This document shows positions 19,663-29,293 of a stretch of 64,000 nt of DNA, piece by piece. The stretch is from positions 160,001 to 224,000 of the forward strand of contig JAUVNS010000002.1 of the NCBI GenBank assembly GCA_030599585.1, in the 5' to 3' direction. Position numbers and translations under genes: made by a program. Below the pieces are notes generated by a model. The model worked only from the letters and a program-made list of their open reading frames with translations, had not been told where the DNA came from and searched no databases. The DNA is from Promethearchaeota archaeon (GTDB lineage Archaea; Asgardarchaeota; Lokiarchaeia; Sigyniarchaeales; SOKP01). The first letter of the stretch is position 1; every line of letters starts with the position of its first letter.

Positions 19663-19721
19663 TTTTCATTTTCTTCTTTTAAAATTTGTTTCGTTATCAT
19701 TCAGAATAAACTTAAACCCAT
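19663..19721. repeat. ~60-bp imperfect direct repeat, copy 2
   Basis: ttttcattttcttcttttaaaatttgtttcgttatcattcagaataaacttaaacccat; lies ~20 nt upstream of the ligase start. Confidence 0.85.
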
Positions 19722-19869
19722 ATAATTTACCTAATAAATTTTATTACATTTAAATAACTAATTTTAAATTATAACTGTAGAAAATTCTCATTTTATATTA
19801 GTAACTAGAGATGAACCTAAAACGAGCATATACGCTGACGATGTCCTTAGTTTTACATCCGTTCTAAAA

Positions 19870-21186
19870 ATGGCGTCAAATTTCTTAACGGGTAGAGATT
19901 ACTTAAAAAAGAAAAAATTTAGAGAAAAGAAGAAGTTAATTTCAGTTGCCTTAGGATTTCCAGATTTAGCTTTTGCTGTTGGAGCAGTTCCAGTTTTTCC
20001 AATTCGAATGGAAACCTTCGAATTTAGCAAGTATTTGATGCCTTTACAATCTGCTACATCTGTATTAGGTTGGGAATTGACATCAAAATTTTTGGATTTT
20101 GCTCGTCAGTTCGATGTTCTAAAAATTGTTGATAAAATTCTTGAAGATGTTATTACTTCGATAAACAAGAAATATAATCAAATGTACGAATTAGGCGTCA
20201 GTAATGGCGTTCCTTCGGAATTATGTTATGGGATTAACGCTCTTTATGGAATGCATAAATCTAAGGGTAAGAATTTAGACGCTAATCTTACATTCGCAAT
20301 GCGATGTGGCAGTTGGAATACTTTTTCTGAATCGTTAAAAACGACAGTACCGAGTCAAATCATAATCGATGTTCCTTCAAAGAATTCAGATAATGAGGAT
20401 ATTGCTTTAAAGGAAATGGTTAATAATGTCAAGAATGGAATTAGTGAACTAGAGAAGATAACGGGAAATTTCGTATCAGATAATAGTTTACAGAAGCAGT
20501 TTCGTATAGGCAATCAAGTGAAAAGATTTTATAAAACTATCCTTTACGAGATTGGCGATTCTAACTTTTATCCATGCAATCCCGCTACATTCGCAGAAAT
20601 TTTAGCGCTCTTAACTATCACTTTTCAAGATTATAATTCAAACTCTCAAAGATATTTAGAAAATCTGAGTAATTTAGTTAAAGAGATGAGAGAGCGGATT
20701 AGAAAGGGCATAGGGATGGATGTTTCTCATATGCCAAAAGTATTGTTTGCCCCAATGTACCAAGGATGGGAACCAGCCGTGCACGAAATTATCTATGAAT
20801 TAGGGGGTAGAATAATTTATGCCGATTGGGATATGTTAGGTTTTTTAGAAGAAATTCCCATATCTCAAAAATCTGATCCTATAGAAGAATATGCGCGTTT
20901 TCTACTAAACGCTTCAACCAAAGGAATAGGATGTGACGATGAAAACATGACTAATTCGTATTTAAAAGCTGCTGAAAACATGAACATTGATGGATTAATC
21001 TTCAATCAAGTATATGGGTGTCCATCAATCTCAAAGACTTATGAGAGGCTAAAAGAAAAACTAAAAGCGGAGTTTAACATACCAGCTATAAGTATTAATT
21101 TCAAAAAAATCGGTGATAATATAGAACAAGTTAGAAAACCTCTCATACCGTTTATGGAAAGATTAAAAGATACAAGAAATTTTTAA
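19870..21186 (+). CDS. Second divergent HgdA-like dehydratase subunit (paralog of 12840..14198)
   Basis: Shares FYPCNPATF.EI.ALL.ITFQDYNSN and EMRERIRKG.GMDVS; homology extends upstream to an ACG at 19822. Confidence 0.8.
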   Translation: MASNFLTGRDYLKKKKFREKKKLISVALGFPDLAFAVGAVPVFPIRMETFEFSKYLMPLQSATSVLGWELTSKFLDFARQFDVLKIVDKILEDVITSINKKYNQMYELGVSNGVPSELCYGINALYGMHKSKGKNLDANLTFAMRCGSWNTFSESLKTTVPSQIIIDVPSKNSDNEDIALKEMVNNVKNGISELEKITGNFVSDNSLQKQFRIGNQVKRFYKTILYEIGDSNFYPCNPATFAEILALLTITFQDYNSNSQRYLENLSNLVKEMRERIRKGIGMDVSHMPKVLFAPMYQGWEPAVHEIIYELGGRIIYADWDMLGFLEEIPISQKSDPIEEYARFLLNASTKGIGCDDENMTNSYLKAAENMNIDGLIFNQVYGCPSISKTYERLKEKLKAEFNIPAISINFKKIGDNIEQVRKPLIPFMERLKDTRNF

Positions 21187-21274
21187 ATGTGAATTCTCTA
21201 TCGTCTTTACAAGACAAATCCACATCCCTACGAGCTCGATTGGGTAAAACTCATCCCGTAAATTGCCCCGTTTT

Positions 21275-21844
21275 TTATTTTTTAAATAAATCACTCGGTT
21301 TCATCAGGTGAGGCTCGTCCTCGTCATCTTTCTTTTTCTTCTTTTTCCCAGGAACAAATCCGTAAACTTCTTGTTCCCCTGTTGTTGATGTAGAAGCTCC
21401 AGTTGGAGGGTTTAAGTTAATGTTAGCAGTTATTTGTTCTGGCGTTTGACCAATTGGAATTGATTGAGAAGCGGATTGGGCGTATACAGCTGTAGAACCT
21501 TTTAAAACTTTAAGTTCGCTAAGCACTTTCTCCAAATTCATTGATTGTACGCTTTTATTCATTGTGTCCATAATTTCTTGAAGTGATTTAGAAGTTTCTC
21601 TAAGCCCTTTAGGGTTAATTCCTGTAAGTAATGAATCTAAATTATCGTTGATATTTTCATTCAATTCTTTGAGAGAATCTAATACCGTGGACCAATGCTT
21701 GTTCATCTGAGATTCGATAGCAGTAATCATTTTAATTGTTTCGTTCATAAAATTGACATGGGCTTCATAACGTTCTTCGTCTTTGGCTCGAAGATCAGAA
21801 ATAAGCATTATCAACTTTCTTATTGCATCCTTCTCTTCACTCAC
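21275..21844 (-). CDS. Hypothetical helical protein with a disordered tail
   Basis: Amphipathic helices, S/T/Q/P linker, K6-DDEDE patch; GTG start. Confidence 0.75.
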   Translation of the reverse strand: MSEEKDAIRKLIMLISDLRAKDEERYEAHVNFMNETIKMITAIESQMNKHWSTVLDSLKELNENINDNLDSLLTGINPKGLRETSKSLQEIMDTMNKSVQSMNLEKVLSELKVLKGSTAVYAQSASQSIPIGQTPEQITANINLNPPTGASTSTTGEQEVYGFVPGKKKKKKDDEDEPHLMKPSDLFKK

Positions 21845-22046
21845 TCTTAAAATTCACTTCTTTTATTTTTCTTTATTATAGTATGATTATCTAATAATTT
21901 ATTTATATCTATTAGTAAAAAATAACAAAAAATTACACTTTGAGATTTAATCGATAATTATGTAAATAATAAAATTCATTTTTTAAATTAAGTGGTATAT
22001 TAAATAGTAATTAATCCTCAAAAATAGAATAAAAGTAAGAATTATC

Positions 22047-23537
22047 ATGCCTATCAAAGAACACTCCTGGCCAATCCATCCAAAAATATTCGAGATTAAT
22101 ACATGGCCATGGTTAACGAATTTTTCTGATATTTATGGTCGTAATATTAAATTAGATTCAATACCCATTGAATTAATAGATCAAGAATTAACTCTTTTTG
22201 ACGTCGTGTGGTTGATGGGTATTTGGGAGCGTAGTCCTATAGGGAGAGAAATTGCAATGAATCATGAGGGCTTACAGGAAGAATATCGTAAAGCATTGAG
22301 ATATTATAGCACTCAAGATGTTGTAGGATCTCCTTATTCGGTGTATTATTATCATATTAGTTCTCAATTAGGTGGTTCTGATGCACTTAAATCATTTAGA
22401 ACCGATTTAATGGATCGTGATATACTACTTATTTTAGATTACGTACCTAATCACGTTTCGATTGATCATCTCTGGACGCTTGAGAAATCGGATGTGTTTA
22501 TAAAAGGAACTTTAGAAGATTTAATGACCAAACCCTACGATTTTTTTTCTATTGGAAATATCGTTTATGCCCATGGGAAAGATCCTAATTTTCCCCCTTG
22601 GACGGACACAATACAAATAAATGCGTTTTCTTCTGAGGCTCGTTCCAAAGCGGTTAGCACTTTGCTTTCGATTGCAGAACAGTGTGATGGTGTTAGGTGT
22701 GATATGGCAATGTTAATGATTAATGATGTTTTCAGCAAAACTTGGGGTGATAAAGCTGGTTTACCTCTTGAAAAGGAGTATTGGGTTGATATCATATCTC
22801 AAGTTAAGGAAAAATATCCCAACTTTAAGTTTATTGCTGAAGTTTATTGGGATATGGAATGGGATTTAATTCAACAAGGTTTCGATTATTGTTACGATAA
22901 AAGATTATACGAGCGTTTACTACAATCTAATGTACAAGGTATAAAAGAACATCTTAACGCTGATTTAAGCTATCAAAATAAGCTACTTCGATTTATTGAA
23001 AATCACGACGAACCAAGAGCAGCTGCAGCATTTGGAGCGGATGCTTCGATGGCTGCTTCAATCATTACATCAACATTACCGGGTGCGAGACTAATTTGTG
23101 AAGGCCAAACACACGGATACGAAATCAAGATACCGATACAGTTAGGACGAGGGCCTACTGAAGAAGACAATATAGTTATTACTGAATTTTATGATAAACT
23201 TTTAAAGATACTTCCCGGAAGAGAGTGGGATGAAGCAAAATGGCTTTTATGCGATATAAAACCTACGGATTCAAACGATATTTCATTTAAAAATATTATC
23301 TCATATCAGTGGATAAAAGACGACCAGAGATTATTGATCGTAGTCAACTATAGCCCAAATCCTTCCAAGGCTCATATAATAATAAAAGAAATTGCTTATG
23401 GAATTTCTGATTGGTCCTTCACAGATTTATTAAATGAAAAAGAGTATAAGTATAACGGGAAAAATCTCAATGAAAATGGGTTATATGTCGAATTAGACAG
23501 TTGGAAGAGCCATATATTTGGCGTGAGAAAAAAATAA
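22047..23537 (+). CDS. GH13 alpha-amylase family glycoside hydrolase
   Basis: LDYVPNH, DGVRCDMA, IAEVYW, FIENHDE (D/E/D catalytic residues). Confidence 0.9.
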   Translation: MPIKEHSWPIHPKIFEINTWPWLTNFSDIYGRNIKLDSIPIELIDQELTLFDVVWLMGIWERSPIGREIAMNHEGLQEEYRKALRYYSTQDVVGSPYSVYYYHISSQLGGSDALKSFRTDLMDRDILLILDYVPNHVSIDHLWTLEKSDVFIKGTLEDLMTKPYDFFSIGNIVYAHGKDPNFPPWTDTIQINAFSSEARSKAVSTLLSIAEQCDGVRCDMAMLMINDVFSKTWGDKAGLPLEKEYWVDIISQVKEKYPNFKFIAEVYWDMEWDLIQQGFDYCYDKRLYERLLQSNVQGIKEHLNADLSYQNKLLRFIENHDEPRAAAAFGADASMAASIITSTLPGARLICEGQTHGYEIKIPIQLGRGPTEEDNIVITEFYDKLLKILPGREWDEAKWLLCDIKPTDSNDISFKNIISYQWIKDDQRLLIVVNYSPNPSKAHIIIKEIAYGISDWSFTDLLNEKEYKYNGKNLNENGLYVELDSWKSHIFGVRKK

Positions 23538-23617
23538 GTAGATCGAGATTTTGTTTAAGAGTAGCGTAATAAGATTGCACATGTAAGACAAGAATAAACA
23601 TAAAGAGATATGATTAT

Positions 23618-24859
23618 ATGGTATATAATAAAAACTCAATAATCACTGCTTTAATTGAAAAAGGAGTCAAAATACCAAATCCTTTTTCGGTTGAAATAAG
23701 CGAGGAAGTCAACATTAATCTGATATCATCTGAGGATGTTACGATACACTCAGGCTGTAAAATATTTGGTAAAAAGACACTTATTATGCCGGGAGTTAAG
23801 CTGGGCAGTAGATCCCCAGTTACTATTAAAAACTGTCAATTAGGGAAAAATGTTGAATTAAAAGGTGGATATTTTGAAGGATCAACATTTCTGGATTCTG
23901 CGAATATGGGTGATGGTGCCGAAATCCGAGAAGGATGTCTTCTGGAGGAGGAAGCTAACGGTGCTCATACGGTAGGTCTTAAACAAACAATACTTTTTCC
24001 ATTTGTGACATTAGGGAGCATAGTTAATTTTTGTGACATTTTAATGGCGGGTGGGACGAACAGAAGAAACCATAGTGAAGTGGGTAGTTCGTATATTCAT
24101 TTTAATTATACACCTAATCAGGATAAAGCAACTGCATCTCTAATTGGAGATGTCGCACATGGGGTTATGCTCAATCAACCTCCCATCTTTTTAGGTGGAC
24201 AAGGCGGAATAGTAGGCCCCAGCCAGATAGGATATAAGACCGTAATTGCAGCTGGAGTTATTTACCGAGGAGATTGTCCTCAAGGTCATAAACTTTTAAT
24301 GAATAGTGGACCTCAAAAAGAAGATATGGATTTCTATCCTGGACTATATTGGAGCGTTAAAAAAAGAGTTATAAATAGTATTGAATATATCGCAAATATA
24401 ATAGCTCTCAGACAATGGTACCTAATTGTACGTTCTAAGTTCTATCAGGGAAGTGAAATGGAAAAATTGCTTTATGAGGGTGCGGTTGAAAAACTCGAGC
24501 TTATTTTTAATGAGAGAATTAAAAGATTTAATCAATTAGTTGGTAAGATGGAAAAATCCATTGAATTGTATAAATCGATTAAGGGTATTGAAGTGTCAAA
24601 TGACTTGATAAATCAAAAAAGAGAATTATTTGAGAATATACAAGAAATAGAGAAGGGTTTTAATGAATGTCTATCATATTCTGGCGATGAGGAACTGAAG
24701 GCTGAATTTTTAAACAATTCAGATTTAAAAAATAAGGATTTTATAAGTGAGATACAAAATCTGAGTGAAGAGATCAAAAAGGTTGGAACCTCCTGGCTTT
24801 TAAGTATAGTTGAAAACACAAAAAATGTCATACTGAATTATCTTCCTTCTTTTATTTAA
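23618..24859 (+). CDS. GlmU-related hexapeptide-repeat (left-handed beta-helix) protein lacking the uridylyltransferase domain
   Basis: Starts at LIEKGVKIPNP (like the GlmU linker), hexapeptide repeats, HFNY..NQDK resembling the GlmU CNYDG..K motif. Confidence 0.7.
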   Translation: MVYNKNSIITALIEKGVKIPNPFSVEISEEVNINLISSEDVTIHSGCKIFGKKTLIMPGVKLGSRSPVTIKNCQLGKNVELKGGYFEGSTFLDSANMGDGAEIREGCLLEEEANGAHTVGLKQTILFPFVTLGSIVNFCDILMAGGTNRRNHSEVGSSYIHFNYTPNQDKATASLIGDVAHGVMLNQPPIFLGGQGGIVGPSQIGYKTVIAAGVIYRGDCPQGHKLLMNSGPQKEDMDFYPGLYWSVKKRVINSIEYIANIIALRQWYLIVRSKFYQGSEMEKLLYEGAVEKLELIFNERIKRFNQLVGKMEKSIELYKSIKGIEVSNDLINQKRELFENIQEIEKGFNECLSYSGDEELKAEFLNNSDLKNKDFISEIQNLSEEIKKVGTSWLLSIVENTKNVILNYLPSFI

Positions 24860-25137
24860 CTAAAACTATGAGAAGCCCCTTCTTTATTTAGAAAGTAGGC
24901 TTTATTTTCTTCTTTTTTGTAATTTCTACAGACTGAACATTAAGGACATAATCTCTAGCAAGTTTCAAGATGAATTATTCCTATCCGTTATTTTACCGAT
25001 TATAAACATAAATCCTAAAAAATCTTTAGAATTTAATCGGCAAATCAGATATCTTATAAGGAAACGATTATTTTACGATCTAATTAAAAAAATGTTTACC
25101 ATTCAGTCCAGAATCAGATAATTTCTGTTGAACGCCG

Positions 25138-26943
25138 ATGCAAGATCTACAAAAACTTATAGTAATATTACTCGAAAGGCACCAGGAGCCAGTACATCTC
25201 TTCCTTGCCAAGATGGGAGGTGTTCAATATATCAAGGTTGATTGTGAAGAGGAGTCATATAATGGATTCTTGCATGCGTGTCCGATTCCTAAGGAAGAAT
25301 CATTAATGAATTCAAAAATCCAAACACGAATTCTAAGGGATTTTGAAGAAATGCATTTAAAACCCAATAATAACAATGGTAAGGTGGCGCTTCCTCCTGG
25401 AAACACAATTAAAGAAATTCTAGTTAATGTTGAACACAAGCTAGATGAAATTGAGGATGAATCAAACTCTATTATCGATTTACTCGATTTGGCTTCTACC
25501 TTGAAAAAAAAAAAAGGTCAACAACTCCATGATTGGGAAGCGACACATAAAAAATTGAATTCCAACTATAAACCTTCTATCGAACAACACACTTCGGAAG
25601 AGCTGATTTCCGAGGCTGATGGCCACCTAACTGATATCAGCAATCAACTAAAAGAGACTGGAAAAGAAATTTTGGACTTGCAAAGAAATGAGTATTCCGA
25701 AGAATATTCCCTTAGAGAAATTCCTGAAATAGGTGAAGTCCAATCGAAACTCTTGGATCTTCATGGAATGACGTTAAAAATTGATGATCTCCTTGAAGCA
25801 GAGCATGATATGGCCCATTGTGATTCAATCGTTTATTTTAAGGCATGGGTTTTAAAAAAACAGATTTTTATAGCAAAAGAGGGGATAAAAAAGATCACAA
25901 ATGGCAAATGCGTTATCGAGCTGGAAAAACCTAAATCCAACGATAACGTACCTATTGTTATCAAGCGTAAAAAACGGTTGTTTGAAGGATTTGAAATCCT
26001 AACATATTCCCTTGGATTTCCGCGCAAGGGAGAGATTAATCCGGTTTATTTGATGGCATTTGCATTTCCATTCCTTTATGGCATTATGTTTGCCGATGTT
26101 GGCCATGGTGCAATTCTCTTTTTAGGGGGTATCTTGCTCCTTATCGCGAGAAACAGGAAGGATATGGAGAAAATAGGAGAAATTCCGCGTATGGTCTTGT
26201 TTGCTGCAGGAATAATAACACTTTGTGGTGTTTCAGCGATGTTCTGGGGATACTTGTTCGGAGAGTTTTTCGGTCCATCTGGAGTTCTCCATCCCGTTTT
26301 GTTGGCTCAAATCGGTCCATTCTATTTCGGTGGATTCGATCCCGTGCATGAACCACTTAGACTATTACGGTTCACGATTTTAATTGGCGTTTCCTTTATC
26401 ACGTTAAGTTTGCTTATACGCGTAATAAACCACCTTAAGAGACGAGAAGGGGCACATGCTATCGCCGGCATTTGCTGGATATGGTTTCTTCTTGGTGGGT
26501 TCTTCATGTGGGTCTATTGGGGTGGCATTTCACAAATTACTTCTTGGTTCGGCGAAGGCTTGCCAATGCTCTTGGCATTAGTCATGGCCCCCTTGATTAT
26601 AAGCATGATCATCATGGCAAAGGCTGAAAACATAATGCATGGTGTTAACTTTACCGTCGAAGTTTTCATCGAGTCATTAGGTCACACGTTATCGTTTTGC
26701 CGACTTGCAGCCTTATTTTTAGCGCATACGGCGTTAAGCACAATGTTCCTCGATCTTGCTGGAGTCAAGAACGGTAATTTCCCTCCAAGCTCTATTCCGT
26801 TAATCGCGATCGGTACGATCTTGATCCTATGCATTGAAGGTCTTATCGTCTTTGTTCATACAATAAGGCTCCATTGGATTGAGTTACTTCCAAAATTTTA
26901 CTCCGCAAAAGGTACTTTATTTCAACCTATAGAGATCAAATAA
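25138..26943 (+). CDS. atpI: A/V-type ATPase subunit I (a)
   Basis: EINP, YGIMFADVGHG, HTLSFCRL (essential Arg), HTIRLHWIE..KFY...G..F.P. Confidence 0.92.
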   Translation: MQDLQKLIVILLERHQEPVHLFLAKMGGVQYIKVDCEEESYNGFLHACPIPKEESLMNSKIQTRILRDFEEMHLKPNNNNGKVALPPGNTIKEILVNVEHKLDEIEDESNSIIDLLDLASTLKKKKGQQLHDWEATHKKLNSNYKPSIEQHTSEELISEADGHLTDISNQLKETGKEILDLQRNEYSEEYSLREIPEIGEVQSKLLDLHGMTLKIDDLLEAEHDMAHCDSIVYFKAWVLKKQIFIAKEGIKKITNGKCVIELEKPKSNDNVPIVIKRKKRLFEGFEILTYSLGFPRKGEINPVYLMAFAFPFLYGIMFADVGHGAILFLGGILLLIARNRKDMEKIGEIPRMVLFAAGIITLCGVSAMFWGYLFGEFFGPSGVLHPVLLAQIGPFYFGGFDPVHEPLRLLRFTILIGVSFITLSLLIRVINHLKRREGAHAIAGICWIWFLLGGFFMWVYWGGISQITSWFGEGLPMLLALVMAPLIISMIIMAKAENIMHGVNFTVEVFIESLGHTLSFCRLAALFLAHTALSTMFLDLAGVKNGNFPPSSIPLIAIGTILILCIEGLIVFVHTIRLHWIELLPKFYSAKGTLFQPIEIK

Positions 26944-26968
26944 TAAAAAAAAAAGAGATGATTATATT

Positions 26969-27409
26969 ATGGAACCAACAATATTAGCCATTATAGCAGC
27001 GGCTCTTAGTATCATTTTATGTTCAGGAGCGGCCCTATTAAGTATAAAAACATGTGCGCCAGCACTTGCCTCAGTGACTTCAGAAAAACCAGAATTGGGT
27101 AGCAAATTGGTGATTGCAATAATTTTAGGAGAAGCTTTAGCCATTTATGGATTGCTTATAGCATTTATGATCATAGGTCGTTTACCCGAAATCAACACTG
27201 AAGATGATGCCATGCTGACATTAATTTCAGCAATTACAATGGGTAGTACAGCTATCATGGCCAGTATTGGTATCTCATATACTGGTCCAGCGATGATGAC
27301 TGCCGCAGTTGAAAAGGACGCGAGTTTCACGACCAATATATTGGGTTTGGTATTATCCGAGGCATTGGCAATTTATGGCCTTTTAATATCTTTTATGATT
27401 CTTGGATAG
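26969..27409 (+). CDS. atpK: A/V-type ATPase subunit K (c), double hairpin
   Basis: Two copies of EALAIYGLLI, four TM helices. Confidence 0.92.
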   Translation: MEPTILAIIAAALSIILCSGAALLSIKTCAPALASVTSEKPELGSKLVIAIILGEALAIYGLLIAFMIIGRLPEINTEDDAMLTLISAITMGSTAIMASIGISYTGPAMMTAAVEKDASFTTNILGLVLSEALAIYGLLISFMILG

Positions 27410-27531
27410 AAAGTGGATCTTGAGGATTCAAGAAAATTTTTCCTTCTTTTTTTTTAATGCAACAAATCTCATCATTGACTCCAATTGATGCTACAAATGG
27501 ATAAAATAAGTACTCACTGCGGACAATCATA

Positions 27532-28626
27532 CTAAACTGATTTAAGTTGATAATTTTCAGGTAAAAAAAGTAAGTCTAGAGTTTGATCCGAATCGATGTT
27601 TCTCGCCATCGCATTGATGATACATCTCAAATTCTTTATTTCCACCCATTTCAAATTTAGGAATGCCAAGATATACCCGATATTGTAATATCGCAGATTA
27701 TTCTTCAACTCGAAAAAACTCATCTCGAACGGAGCTTTCTCCAGTATAAATTCCAGATGCGATATCGGCGTATCGGATTCTTTCACTAGTTTCGTGAAGA
27801 TAGTTCGATATACTTGATGCTTGGTTTCAACAGACCTTAAGAGGCGTTGAAGTGTAGATTTTATATCAGGTTCCTTGATAGCAGACACTAAGGCTTTTTC
27901 ATTGATTAACGCTACGGGCATCAAATTGTTTTTGATATTTTCGAGATCGATCATCAATAATTTGTGTTTTAGTATGATCTTAACATTCAAAACATCAATC
28001 TCTATTCCCAGAATATTGGTAGCAATTTTTTTATCAAGTTTATTGAGATTTTTGATCTCATTTAATATTCCCTTGTATACTTCTTTTTCCAGAGCAGCTT
28101 CCAGTGGTGATAAATCACCGATATTCTTTTGAGACCATAGTGTCTCTTTTAAAATAGAGCCAAAATCCTGATCCTGAAGAGACCCTACGATATCGCTGAT
28201 CCAATTGACATCAGAAAGAATAACTTGGCACTTTTTTTTATTATATGTTCCTAAAGGTATGATATGTGGCAGTATATCTTCGGTGTTAGTTCCAGCTTGT
28301 ACCATTCTAAACATGGTTTTAAGATTCATTGCGTCAAACTTATGTGAAATAGACATGAGTAAGTTTTTAATATATTTTGAGGAATATTTCAGCAATTTAT
28401 TGAATGTTTTTGCATAATTCAGAAAGAGAGCATCTTCGAGGAGCCCTGGTTCAACTTTATCCCCACATGCACTGACAATTTCTTCCCCGTACGCAGTAGT
28501 TGTCAAGAAACTAAAGATCCCTTCAAGATCTTTACCGATTAAACCGACTAACTCTTTAAAATCGATAAGCTTGTGATTTTCGAGTGCAACCCGAGGCATT
28601 ATAATGCTATATTTACTAGGTTTCAT
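27532..28626 (-). CDS. atpC: A/V-type ATPase subunit C (d)
   Basis: DAMNLKTMFR, EIDVLNVKIILK, EIKNLRCI; operon context. Confidence 0.88.
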   Translation of the reverse strand: MKPSKYSIIMPRVALENHKLIDFKELVGLIGKDLEGIFSFLTTTAYGEEIVSACGDKVEPGLLEDALFLNYAKTFNKLLKYSSKYIKNLLMSISHKFDAMNLKTMFRMVQAGTNTEDILPHIIPLGTYNKKKCQVILSDVNWISDIVGSLQDQDFGSILKETLWSQKNIGDLSPLEAALEKEVYKGILNEIKNLNKLDKKIATNILGIEIDVLNVKIILKHKLLMIDLENIKNNLMPVALINEKALVSAIKEPDIKSTLQRLLRSVETKHQVYRTIFTKLVKESDTPISHLEFILEKAPFEMSFFELKNNLRYYNIGYILAFLNLKWVEIKNLRCIINAMARNIDSDQTLDLLFLPENYQLKSV

Positions 28627-28634
28627 AAGATTTA

Positions 28635-29282
28635 TCAGTTCCTCTCTTTTCGTTTTCTTTGAAGAACCCTTACGCGAATGGCGTCCTGTTGTTCAATTTC
28701 TTCTAGTATATATTCGATGTAGTCAATTGTCGAATCTAACTGCGGGACGATCTTGAATCGAATTCGATTAATTTGCCTTCTTTTAAGCGATATTACTTCA
28801 AGAAGTTCTCGTATTGCCGCAAGAAGGCTTGCTAGCTCGACAATGGCATCCATTACATCATTAATCTTTGAAGCGGCTTCTTCTAGCTGGATTGGAGCAT
28901 CAAACAAGCTTAAACGAGGTTTATGCTCGCTTACCTCTTGTTTGATGAGTTTCAGAGACGGGAATTGAATCCCAAGAACACCTGTTGATGAACTTGTTTC
29001 TACCTTAAAATCTTTCGGGGTAGTTGTTACTGCTAACTCCTTTACTTTCAAGCTACCACTCACCATTTCGGCTTCGATAAATTGACTATAAGACCTTAAT
29101 AAGATGTCATATAATTGTGTTCGCAAAATAGATGCTCTTTCCCTATATTTAACAAGGGAGATTATCAATACCTCGAGATCTTTCTGTAATATGTCTGCTA
29201 TTCCTTCTGCTAATGTTTTTCGGCGTTTTAATGCTAACATTTCTAAACGCGTTGGGTGTACCTCTAATCTTTCAGCAGACAT
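28635..29282 (-). CDS. atpD: A/V-type ATPase subunit D
   Basis: PTRLEML, KRRQINRIRFKIVP, LEEIEQQD. Confidence 0.9.
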   Translation of the reverse strand: MSAERLEVHPTRLEMLALKRRKTLAEGIADILQKDLEVLIISLVKYRERASILRTQLYDILLRSYSQFIEAEMVSGSLKVKELAVTTTPKDFKVETSSSTGVLGIQFPSLKLIKQEVSEHKPRLSLFDAPIQLEEAASKINDVMDAIVELASLLAAIRELLEVISLKRRQINRIRFKIVPQLDSTIDYIEYILEEIEQQDAIRVRVLQRKRKERN

Positions 29283-29293
29283 TGCAAATCACT

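Noticed and set aside
21191-21272. SECIS element (ATGA...AA...GAT on the minus strand)
   Set aside because: The core pairing is unconvincing and no neighbouring gene has an in-frame TGA at a Cys position.
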